Below are positions 49,096-57,685 of a stretch of 64,000 bases of DNA, in pieces (positions within the stretch are counted from its first letter, which is position 1; each line of letters starts with the position of its first letter). The stretch covers positions 44,787-108,786 of the forward strand of contig CAMAVZ010000002.1 of NCBI GenBank assembly GCA_945861645.1, read 5' to 3'. The notes below the pieces were generated by a model, which made no database searches, had not been told where the DNA came from, and saw only the letters and a program-made list of their open reading frames with translations. The translations under genes and the position numbers were made by a program. The DNA is from Opitutus sp. GAS368 (GTDB lineage: Bacteria; Verrucomicrobiota; Verrucomicrobiia; Opitutales; Opitutaceae).

Positions 49096-50012
49096 GCCTC
49101 CAACCCAAAGACAGCCCGCGCGTAATGCTCAACGGAAAAGGGCTGCAGATCATCAGGCTGCTCACCCAGCCCGATAAAATAAATGGGGATTTTTAATTGC
49201 CGATAAATTCCCGCCAGCGCGCCACCGCGACTGGTGCCGTCTAATTTTGTCACGACCAAACCAGTGAGCCCAAAGCTCTGGTGAAACACCTTCGCCTGCT
49301 CGATGGAATTAGCCCCTAAGCTGCCATCAACCACCAGCCACCGATGTTGAGGCGCGGTTGCATCATGCTTCTGCAGCACGCGCCGAATTTTGGCTAATTC
49401 CTCTAATAAATTCCCCTTCGTATGCAACCGACCCGCGGTGTCGACGATGAGCCAAGCGTGACCGCGCGCCTTGGCGGCTTGCCAGGCATCATAGGCCACA
49501 GCCGCGGAATCCGCACCGGTATGGCTAGCGACAATTTCGATCTGCAGCCGCTCGGCCCAGCTTTTTAATTGCTCCACTGCGGCCGCCCGAAAGGTATCAC
49601 AGGCGGCAACGATCACGGTCTGACCGTCGTTTTTTAACTTATGTGCTAGCTTGGCGGTGGTGGTCGTCTTGCCCGAGCCATTAACGCCGATCAAACAAAT
49701 GACGGTAGGTTTCTGCACGGCGGGAAGCAACTTGCCCTCAGCTCCCGCCAATACCCGTTGAAGCACCGCGACCCCAATATTCGCCGCTTGCTGCCCTTTG
49801 AGCTCAGGATCTTTGCGGTAGGCCGCTTTAATTTCAGCCAAAATTTCCGTCGTCGTCTCGACCCCAAAATCAGCCGTATAAAGCGCTTCCTCTAATTCAG
49901 CCAGCGAAGCGGGATCAATTTTTCGCCCACCAAAGAGGTCATGCGTCTTCGCCGCCAGCGCCGCGACGGTCTTATGCAACCCATCTTTAAATTTATTAAA
50001 AAGTGAAAACAT
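49092..50012 (-). CDS. ftsY: Signal recognition particle receptor FtsY
   Basis: GVNGSGKTTT, DTFRAAA, DTAGRL and TKLDG motifs. Confidence 0.96.
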   Translation of the reverse strand: MFSLFNKFKDGLHKTVAALAAKTHDLFGGRKIDPASLAELEEALYTADFGVETTTEILAEIKAAYRKDPELKGQQAANIGVAVLQRVLAGAEGKLLPAVQKPTVICLIGVNGSGKTTTTAKLAHKLKNDGQTVIVAACDTFRAAAVEQLKSWAERLQIEIVASHTGADSAAVAYDAWQAAKARGHAWLIVDTAGRLHTKGNLLEELAKIRRVLQKHDATAPQHRWLVVDGSLGANSIEQAKVFHQSFGLTGLVVTKLDGTSRGGALAGIYRQLKIPIYFIGLGEQPDDLQPFSVEHYARAVFGLEA

Positions 50013-50092
50013 CAAAAAATCTCCGGCCCGTTAAGCCCCGCAAGCTTGCTTGGTGGCAGACCAACTCAAGCCCCGAGGGCCATGCCCGAGGC

Positions 50093-50539
50093 TCATTCCG
50101 TCGACGGCTTGCGCAAATCTCGACCCAGTTGATCCTTCATGCGATCGAGCACTCCGTTGATGAACCGTTTAGCATCGGCGCTTGAATAGAGTTTGCTGAG
50201 GTCAATGGCCTCGTTGATCGAAACCACCGGCGGGATGTCCTTCCGATGCAACATCTCGAACATCGCCAACCGCAGAATTGCTAAATCAATTTTAGCGATG
50301 CGCTCGAATTCCCAATTGTGCGCCAACCCCTTGATGTGGCCGTCAAGTTCCACCACATGCTCAATCGCTCCGTGAATGAGCTCCTCCGCAAAAGCATAAT
50401 AATCGCGCGGTTGCTCGAGATGTTCAAAAAACAACCGCAAATCGTCACCGAGCGCGGCCGGTTGATTCACACTCCAAGCGTAAAGATATTGAAAGGCAGC
50501 CGCGCGACATTCGCGGCGTTGGGTAAACTGACTATTCAT
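50093..50539 (-). CDS. nusB: Transcription antitermination factor NusB
   Basis: DLAILRLA, INEAIDLSK and FINGVLD motifs. Confidence 0.95.
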   Translation of the reverse strand: MNSQFTQRRECRAAAFQYLYAWSVNQPAALGDDLRLFFEHLEQPRDYYAFAEELIHGAIEHVVELDGHIKGLAHNWEFERIAKIDLAILRLAMFEMLHRKDIPPVVSINEAIDLSKLYSSADAKRFINGVLDRMKDQLGRDLRKPSTE

Positions 50540-51015
50540 AATTTTTCTCCGAGCGAGCGCTTGAGTGCCGCCACTTCAAGTCCAGCCGCCGCCAACTCAG
50601 CCCCGCGATTAATGGGGCCCAGACACCGCGCGCGAGCCTGCTTAAGATTATTAACCACGATCACCCCATTGATGATGGGCGTGCCCGTCGTGAGCGCGAC
50701 CTGCTGCAATGCCTGCGAAACGCTTTGCCCGACCATCTCGTGATGATGGGTGTCGCCCGCGATCAACACCCCGAGAGCGATGACACAATCGCAACCGCGC
50801 TGCGCCGCTAACACTTGCACCGCCCAAGGCACCTCATGGGAGCCCGGCACCCGCAAAACGGTGAGTCGCTTAGCTTTCACCCCAGCCGCCCCCAATTTAG
50901 CCAGCACCACCGCGAGCAACCCATCAACCAGTACGTTATTATAACGCGCCGCCACGACCCCAAAGGTAAAGGGGGCGCCGTTAATCGAGAGAGGGTTTGC
51001 AACCAAAAGACTCAT
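50536..51015 (-). CDS. ribH: 6,7-dimethyl-8-ribityllumazine synthase
   Basis: VPGSHEVP and GVLIAGDT.H motifs; located between ribB and nusB. Confidence 0.92.
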   Translation of the reverse strand: MSLLVANPLSINGAPFTFGVVAARYNNVLVDGLLAVVLAKLGAAGVKAKRLTVLRVPGSHEVPWAVQVLAAQRGCDCVIALGVLIAGDTHHHEMVGQSVSQALQQVALTTGTPIINGVIVVNNLKQARARCLGPINRGAELAAAGLEVAALKRSLGEKL

Positions 51016-51105
51016 AGAATTTCCGCGGATAGCTGGGAGGAGACAATTGCGCTAAAGCCTACGCGCAAGCGCCAATCAGTAATCCGATATTTAAGGCTAA
51101 AATCT

Positions 51106-52200
51106 TCATACTGGAATCTGTTCCACAATCTCGAGTCCATAGCCATCTAAGCCGACGACGCGACGCGGGGAATGCGCCATCAGCCGAATCTTACGCAAGC
51201 CGAGTGCCGTCAAAATTTGAGCCCCAATCCCATAGTCGCGAAGATTACCCCGCCCTAGCCCTGGCGGCGACGAGGCCTCACCCAAAAGCGCCTCCTGCAT
51301 TCGGCCGGATTGCTCCATGTAAACAATCACGCCATGGCCAGCTTTAGCGACGTGAGCTAGGGAGGCCATTAACGAGCGGTGGCTATCCATGCCCTGAGCA
51401 TGGAAAACATCGCTCAGCAAATTTTCCGTATGCACCCGGACCAGTGTCGGCGAGGCATCAAGCCGCCCTTTGGCAAAAGCTAAATGATGCCGTCCATCGA
51501 CTTTGCTGCGAAAAACATGCAGCTGAAACTCACCATATTCGGAGGCAAAAGGGCGCTGCGCCACCGCTTCGACGAGCTGCTCACGTTGATGCCGATATTC
51601 GATGAGCGCGGCGATTGAGATGAGCGGAATTTTATGCTGACGCTTAAATGCTACCAACTCAGGGAGTCGGGCCATCGTCCCATCTTCGCTGAGAATTTCG
51701 CAAATGACGGCCGCCGGCTTCAGGCCCGCTAACGCCGCTAGATCCACCGCCGCTTCCGTATGCCCCGCCCGCTCCAAGACCCCACCGGGGCGCGAGCAAA
51801 GCGGAAAAATATGCCCGGGCTGCACGAGCCCATCAGGACGGGTCTCGGGGTTAGCCAACAGTAAAATTGTTCGAGCCCGATCAAAAGCACTGATCCCCGT
51901 TGTGATCCCCTCGGCGGCGTCCACCGAAACGGTGAAAGCGGTGCGCATCGCCTCGCGATTTTGCTGCACCATGGGATTAATGCCGAGTCGCTTAAGCTGG
52001 GATTCCGTCATCGGAACGCAGATGAGCCCACGGGCGTGGCGTATCATCATATTAACCAGTTCAGGCGTTGCCTTCTCAGCTGCCATCACCAAATCCCCTT
52101 CATTTTCTCGCCCTTCATCATCCGTCACAATAATAACCCCGCCACCCGCGATGGTCTGAATCGCGGTCTCGATCGAATCAAAAGCTTGGGAAGTAGCCAT
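51106..52200 (-). CDS. ribB: DHBP synthase fused to a degenerate GTP cyclohydrolase II domain (RibBX)
   Basis: DDEGRENEGD, TGISAFDR and GHTEA motifs; the C-terminal domain (RVHTENLLSDVF) has no Cys. Confidence 0.9.
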   Translation of the reverse strand: MATSQAFDSIETAIQTIAGGGVIIVTDDEGRENEGDLVMAAEKATPELVNMMIRHARGLICVPMTESQLKRLGINPMVQQNREAMRTAFTVSVDAAEGITTGISAFDRARTILLLANPETRPDGLVQPGHIFPLCSRPGGVLERAGHTEAAVDLAALAGLKPAAVICEILSEDGTMARLPELVAFKRQHKIPLISIAALIEYRHQREQLVEAVAQRPFASEYGEFQLHVFRSKVDGRHHLAFAKGRLDASPTLVRVHTENLLSDVFHAQGMDSHRSLMASLAHVAKAGHGVIVYMEQSGRMQEALLGEASSPPGLGRGNLRDYGIGAQILTALGLRKIRLMAHSPRRVVGLDGYGLEIVEQIPV

Positions 52201-52257
52201 GGCGTGAAGGAAGGAGAGCCTTTGCCGCGCGCGCGCGACTGTCAAATCTGCGCTCGC

Positions 52258-52683
52258 TCAGCCCCTAAATGGCACCACAAAAGATTCCACGACTTGCTGT
52301 TGTTCACCAGTGCCCTGCAAGAGCACCAACCGAACATTATAGGTGTAAGGAGGTAAAACTGGCTTAGCGCCAACTAAGGCATTTTCGCTCAGATTCAGCA
52401 TCGTACGCAAGTCCCCTAGCCCGCGTGGATTGGGCCACGTGGCGCGCGCCTGACTTACATTTGGGGTGATGGCCTTTTTCTTAGCGTTGTAAAAGGAAAG
52501 TTTAAAATTACCCGCCACCACCTCTAGCCCCAAGAAGGTACCATCAGCCCGTGTGATCACCGCGCCCAAAATCTTGGGCTCCGCCTCGGGGTTCTCCCCC
52601 TGAGAGACTGCGGCGTGCGGAGCCGCCCACAGGCCGGTGAAGGTTAAAAATCCCGCAAAGATCATGGCGAAGGCATTTTTCAT
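52258..52683 (-). CDS. Hypothetical exported protein
   Basis: Signal peptide; TTGCGC-16-TAGAGT promoter-like sequence just upstream. Confidence 0.7.
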   Translation of the reverse strand: MKNAFAMIFAGFLTFTGLWAAPHAAVSQGENPEAEPKILGAVITRADGTFLGLEVVAGNFKLSFYNAKKKAITPNVSQARATWPNPRGLGDLRTMLNLSENALVGAKPVLPPYTYNVRLVLLQGTGEQQQVVESFVVPFRG

Positions 52684-52730
52684 CTAGCCACTCTAGTCCA
52701 AGGGGCGCTCCGCGCAAGCCTCCGCGCAAA

Positions 52731-54083
52731 CTAGCTCCGCCGCTGCCGGCGCAATTCGCTCCACCGAGCCAGGCGTTCGGCAATCTTCGCCTCCCACCCG
52801 GCGATTTTTGGCGTATAAATTGGCCGAGGTTCTTCTAGGTAAATTTCCCCCGAAATATTTTCCGGAAAATCGTGTGCATATAAATAATCCTGCCCATGGC
52901 CCGCCTGCTTGCTCGCCGCCCCACTTTTATCCCGTAAGGAAAGCGGGATCGCCTGCACCGGTCGCTCCTTCAGTTCGCGGTGCGCCGCCGCGAGTGCGAG
53001 CGTGGCTGAATTACTTTTAGGGGCCGTCGCAATGTAAAGCGTGGCGTGAGCCAAGGTCAGCTCGGCCTCCGGCAGGCCGATAAAGTCACAGGCATGATGC
53101 GCCGCGACGGTCAGCGGCAAGGCCTGCGGATCCGCTAAGCCGACATCCTCACTCGCCAAAATCACCAACCGCCGTGCTATAAAACGCGGGTCTTCGCCGC
53201 CCGCGAGCATTTTAGCCAACCAGTACATCGCCGCATCGGGATCGCTACCCCGACAACTTTTGATGAATGCGGAAATCGTATCATAATGCTCATCTTCATC
53301 CGCGTCGTACCGAATGCGCCGCTCGCGGGCAAATAATTCCAACTCCTGCGCCGTAATGGCCGCCTGTTCCGGCAGGCTCAGCGCGACCACTTCCAGCGCG
53401 TTGAGCGCGCGGCGCAGATCGCCATCACAGAGCACCGCGAGATCAGCCAATAGCTTGTCCTCCGCCGTGTGCCCGCGCTGGCCGAGCCCGCGCTCACGAT
53501 CGACCAAAGCCTGCCGCAAAACCCCTGCCACGGCCTCGGCCGACAGAGGCTCCAGCCGGAAGAGATGACTGCGACTGAGCAGAGGAGGATTCACATAAAA
53601 CCCTGGATTGTGCGTCGTCGCCCCGATGAGTCGCACGGTACCCTCTTCAACATCCGGCAGCAAAAGATCCTGCTGTGATTTATTAAAACGATGCAGCTCA
53701 TCGATAAAAAGCAAGGTGCCCGCCTCAGGCTGCCGGCGCGCCGCCGCCAAAATCTCCCGCAACTCGGCCACATTGGACATGACCGCATTAACCCGCACAA
53801 AGCGGCTCTTCGTCTCCCGCGCTATCACCTCAGCGAGGCTGGTTTTGCCGCAGCCCGGCGGTCCATAAAACAGCAGACTGCCGATTCGATTACTGGCGAT
53901 CAGGCGGGGTAGCAAATTGCCTGCTTTTAAAATATGCTCCTGCCCGACGATTTCCGCCAACCGCCGGGGGCGCATCCGCGCGGCTAATGGTTGATGGGCC
54001 GTGGACTTGGCCGTCAGTGGGGTGACCGCCGTGGACGGCTCAGCCTCAAACAGGGAATCAGAATTATTGTGCGAACGCGCCAT
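52731..54083 (-). CDS. rarA: Replication-associated recombination protein A (RarA/MgsA)
   Basis: PLAARMRP, GPPGCGKT, ATTHNP, SAFIKS and ASEDVGLAD motifs. Start at ATG 54083. Confidence 0.94.
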   Translation of the reverse strand: MARSHNNSDSLFEAEPSTAVTPLTAKSTAHQPLAARMRPRRLAEIVGQEHILKAGNLLPRLIASNRIGSLLFYGPPGCGKTSLAEVIARETKSRFVRVNAVMSNVAELREILAAARRQPEAGTLLFIDELHRFNKSQQDLLLPDVEEGTVRLIGATTHNPGFYVNPPLLSRSHLFRLEPLSAEAVAGVLRQALVDRERGLGQRGHTAEDKLLADLAVLCDGDLRRALNALEVVALSLPEQAAITAQELELFARERRIRYDADEDEHYDTISAFIKSCRGSDPDAAMYWLAKMLAGGEDPRFIARRLVILASEDVGLADPQALPLTVAAHHACDFIGLPEAELTLAHATLYIATAPKSNSATLALAAAHRELKERPVQAIPLSLRDKSGAASKQAGHGQDYLYAHDFPENISGEIYLEEPRPIYTPKIAGWEAKIAERLARWSELRRQRRS

Positions 54084-54192
54084 GGACTGCCGTAGGTTGT
54101 GGCCCGACAGCCCGAGAAACAAGTTTGAAGGGAACCCAAAATACTGTCCACTCCTACCACTGTTTGCTTGGGCCAAGGCGCAGATACTGCTT

Positions 54193-55845
54193 ATGCCCTC
54201 GCCCGCCACGCACCTTCGTGCGCCGCTTCTCTGGTTATTGCTGCCGCTGCTGGCTGGCCTGACCGCCGCCAAACTCTGGCCACCGCCTTCCATTGGCTTA
54301 GGCTGGTTAACCGCGCTGGCTGGTGCCTTAAGTCTAGCGGCGGCCAGCTGCACTTTCGGGCCAACCCGTTACGCTCACTTCGGTTGGCAGCTGAGCCTCA
54401 GTCTGACCATGGGACTCGCCGGATTTATCTTGTTGCAGGCTCGCTACCCGCAGCTGCACGCGTTGATCGACCGACCCGCGCGCGAAGTTACCGTGACCTT
54501 TGAGGTCTTACAGTTATTTTCGCCGACCCCCATCGCTCGAAGTTTGACCGGACTGGGGGTAATTATCGCAGCGGGCGCGCAAGATCGTGAACTGATTGGC
54601 CGCAGAATTTATTTTTCCGCGATCAGGAAAATCAGCCTTCCCCCGCGCCGCGCCGGCCATTACTTAATGCAAGGCCTGATCGAGCCGCTCGCCCCGGAGG
54701 CAGCGGCCGCCAGTTTCAACGACTACCTCGCCAGCCTTGGCATTCGCCAGAAACTCACCCGCGGACGTATCCTGCGCGAGGTGCGCCCCCCGGGATGGTT
54801 TATTGATTTCTGCAACCGCGCAGAAAACCACCTCGAAACTATTTTACAACGTGGGCTCGAGCATCATCCGCAAACGCGCTCGCTCTACCTTGGCATGCTC
54901 CTCGGCGAGAAGGCCGTTCTCTCTCAAGCGCAGCAGAATGCTTTTATGCGCAGTGGGACTTTCCATATTTTTTCTGTCAGTGGTCTGCATGTCGGGGTGA
55001 TCGCCCTTTCGCTCCACTCACTCTTTCGCTTATTACGCTTACCCCAACGGCTCGCGGCCGCCCTGTGTTTACCACTGCTTTGGCTTTACGTGCAAATTAC
55101 TGGGGCCAGCTCACCGGCCGAGCGCTCCTTTTTGATGATCGCATTTTTATATGCTGCCCAAATTTTTCGCTTACCGCAAAATCCTTTGGCGGCGCTGGCT
55201 GGTGCGGCGCTCGTGACAGTGCTACTGGAACCGCTCCAGTTGTTCAGCACGGGATTTCAGATGTCTTACGCCGTGGTAGTGGCGTTGGTCGTCATGGGTA
55301 TTCCCCTAAGCAAGAAATGGACTGAAGGCTGGCAGCCTTACGCCTTAATCCCCCGAGCTCATTGGCGCGGGTATCAACCGCACGTCGATTGGGGTGGGCG
55401 CGAGTTACTCAGTGCCGGGGCCGTCTGTTGGGTGGCCTTTCTCGCAAGTACCCCATCGGGGATCGGTTATTTTCAAACGCTTTCGCCGGGATCGCTCGTG
55501 GCTAATCTCATCATTATGCCGATTTCCTCGTTCGCCTTGGTGGCCGGATTCTTGGCGCTCCTGACCGGCCTGGTCGGCCTCGCCACCTGGAGCATCCTCT
55601 TTAACTCCGCCGCGGCACTTATTTTAATCCTGATGGACTGGCTGGTGCAGCAAGGCATCGCCTGGCCGGGAATGTATTACAACGCCCAGTTCGTGGTCAG
55701 CTGGCTGGCCCCCGCCTCGCTGGTCGGTATGACCACCGTGATGCTGGCGGGACTGGCAGGAAAATGGAGTCCTCGGTATGGTGGTTTCTGGCCGCCGGTG
55801 CTGCTGCTCGCTTTGCTTCTGTTGTTCGGCGTCCATTTTGGTTGA
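54193..55845 (+). CDS. comEC: ComEC/Rec2 competence-domain membrane protein (no C-terminal MBL domain)
   Basis: GTFHIFSVSGLHV, GFQMSY and ANL motifs. Start taken at ATG 54193. Confidence 0.85.
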   Translation: MPSPATHLRAPLLWLLLPLLAGLTAAKLWPPPSIGLGWLTALAGALSLAAASCTFGPTRYAHFGWQLSLSLTMGLAGFILLQARYPQLHALIDRPAREVTVTFEVLQLFSPTPIARSLTGLGVIIAAGAQDRELIGRRIYFSAIRKISLPPRRAGHYLMQGLIEPLAPEAAAASFNDYLASLGIRQKLTRGRILREVRPPGWFIDFCNRAENHLETILQRGLEHHPQTRSLYLGMLLGEKAVLSQAQQNAFMRSGTFHIFSVSGLHVGVIALSLHSLFRLLRLPQRLAAALCLPLLWLYVQITGASSPAERSFLMIAFLYAAQIFRLPQNPLAALAGAALVTVLLEPLQLFSTGFQMSYAVVVALVVMGIPLSKKWTEGWQPYALIPRAHWRGYQPHVDWGGRELLSAGAVCWVAFLASTPSGIGYFQTLSPGSLVANLIIMPISSFALVAGFLALLTGLVGLATWSILFNSAAALILILMDWLVQQGIAWPGMYYNAQFVVSWLAPASLVGMTTVMLAGLAGKWSPRYGGFWPPVLLLALLLLFGVHFG

Positions 55846-55926
55846 GCGCTTTCGTCTCAGACTAGGTCGGCCGAGTTGCTTTATATTTTCGGTGTATTTC
55901 TCATTTTTCATGGTAACGATGACTGC

Positions 55927-56208
55927 ATGAAAAGCGCTTACGAACTCGCGATGGAACGACTGGCTAAATCTGAACCAACCACCGCCCCGCTCACCGCCGA
56001 AAAAAAAGCGCGCCTCGCTGAAATTCAACGCGTCTATCAAGGCAAGCTCGCGGAGCGCGAAATATTCCTGCAGCAACAGCTCAACACCGCTTTAGCTGAG
56101 CAAAAATTTGATGAGGTGGATAAAATCCGCAAACAAGCGGCGGGGGAGAAAGCGCGGCTTGAAGAAGAGCGCGAGGAAGAAAAAGAACGCGTGCGGCACG
56201 CCAAATAA
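55927..56208 (+). CDS. Small coiled-coil hypothetical protein (MKSAYELAMERL)
   Basis: Charged helical ORF whose N-terminal motif I recall from other conserved hypothetical proteins. Confidence 0.7.
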   Translation: MKSAYELAMERLAKSEPTTAPLTAEKKARLAEIQRVYQGKLAEREIFLQQQLNTALAEQKFDEVDKIRKQAAGEKARLEEEREEEKERVRHAK

Positions 56209-56238
56209 TTCCGCCAACGGGTGACCCACCCCTGACCT

Positions 56239-57585
56239 TTATTCTGGTTCAGCGGTACCCTCGACCACCCAATCTCGCGCCGTCGGGACGGCGCGCAAGA
56301 ATTCGCGCAAGGCGGCGCTCAAATGTTCCGCATAGCGAAAATGCGCCCCCATGCCGGTCCGCAACTCAGCCTCATAGATAAATTTATCCGCCTGCGTGGT
56401 GTGCTCAAAAGGCGTCTGCGCCCCCAGCAATAACGAATAAACATAGGCAGCTGAACCCCGCGTCATCAGCTCGCGGGTCAAGGCGGCTTGTTCCTCCAGC
56501 AACGACTGATGCGCCGCGGGTTTAATTTCCGGCGGCAAATAAAAACCCGCTTGGATCAGTGGCGTGTAGCGATGACCAGTCCGGTGGCGGTTCAAATCAC
56601 GGAGCTCCGCAATCGCCATATTATTCCAGGCAAAACTGACGCGCATCCGCCGCGTCGCCTTGCCTTGGTACCCATAACGATTAGTCCGATGCTGTAAGGC
56701 TTCCGCCATGGTTTGCTCCTCGCGCAACCAAGGGGGTGAGTCGTTATCAACCTTCACCCACACCTGATCGGCAAGCGGCTGAATCGAGAGGCGCGCTAAC
56801 CCGAGCTGCAAACTCGCCGCTAATTCCTGTTCCGCTTGAGCTTGATAAGATTTCTCGGCGACGCTGTAACGCATCAAGCGCGGCGATGATTTCAATAATT
56901 CATTTCGTATCAACTGGGCCGCCGCTTGCGCCTCCGGCATCGGCAGAGAGTCGAGCTGCTTCACCGTCGCCGCCCACATCCGCGAACTTTGCACCAGTCC
57001 GAGATTGGTGCGCGTGGCGAGCGGGATGAAATAACGCGCCCGGTCGAGCGCGTAATTCTTCCGCAGTCGAGTGATGACCGCAGGTTTTGCGTCGGGGGGC
57101 AAGCGCACCAAACCAGGGTCAGCGAGCGCGGCCCGATCCAGCCGATCGTACTCGGCATGATAGGCCGCAAAAGATTGGGCCATCAAGGCGGTCCAGCGCG
57201 GGGCCAGGTCCGCGGGAATAGCCAGCTCCACCGGGGTCGGCAGATTCGTGGCCTCCATCGTAATGTAACGCGTACTCGACTCTTGCCCGTCCGCCATTTG
57301 GGCAATTTCAAAAATTTTATAAGCCAGCCACATCGAGACGTCGTCGATCGCTATGGCGAGCCCCCCCGTCAGCCCGCCAATGGAAGCATGGCCATAATCA
57401 ACAAATTTTAAAATTCGATCGATCGAAGCATCCGGATTGGCGAGATCAACCTTCTCCATGATCTTACCGATGCCCTCATTGCTCCGCGAATAGCGAGCCA
57501 GCACGGAAGCCAGCAACTCTGGGGTTACGCGGGGAAGATCAGCCGCCGCAGGGGGTGGCACAATGGCGAGTCCGGTGACTTTCAT
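56239..57585 (-). CDS. thyX: Tandem-domain FAD-dependent thymidylate synthase-like protein
   Basis: ARYSRS, YGHASI, QESSTRY, ARYFIP and RDLNRHR motifs. Confidence 0.75.
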   Translation of the reverse strand: MKVTGLAIVPPPAAADLPRVTPELLASVLARYSRSNEGIGKIMEKVDLANPDASIDRILKFVDYGHASIGGLTGGLAIAIDDVSMWLAYKIFEIAQMADGQESSTRYITMEATNLPTPVELAIPADLAPRWTALMAQSFAAYHAEYDRLDRAALADPGLVRLPPDAKPAVITRLRKNYALDRARYFIPLATRTNLGLVQSSRMWAATVKQLDSLPMPEAQAAAQLIRNELLKSSPRLMRYSVAEKSYQAQAEQELAASLQLGLARLSIQPLADQVWVKVDNDSPPWLREEQTMAEALQHRTNRYGYQGKATRRMRVSFAWNNMAIAELRDLNRHRTGHRYTPLIQAGFYLPPEIKPAAHQSLLEEQAALTRELMTRGSAAYVYSLLLGAQTPFEHTTQADKFIYEAELRTGMGAHFRYAEHLSAALREFLRAVPTARDWVVEGTAEPE

Positions 57586-57685
57586 ACGGGTTCAGACGAA
57601 ACATATTCACCCGAGGAGGCGAAGAAAATCTGCGACCTATTATGAGACCACGCGCCCGCAAGATTCGGCCGGATGACCGATGGAC

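Noticed and set aside
52201-52257. FMN riboswitch upstream of ribB, and the (GC)n run near 52226-52238
   Set aside because: The gap is only 57 nt with no RFN motifs, and the GC run sits in a probable promoter spacer.
54001-54353. Apparent 350-nt head-to-head overlap of rarA and comEC in the ORF track
   Set aside because: An artefact of longest-ORF starts; ATGs at 54083 and 54193 remove it. The same applies to the extended starts of clpP, aroB, sufB, nuoN, pdxA and crcB.
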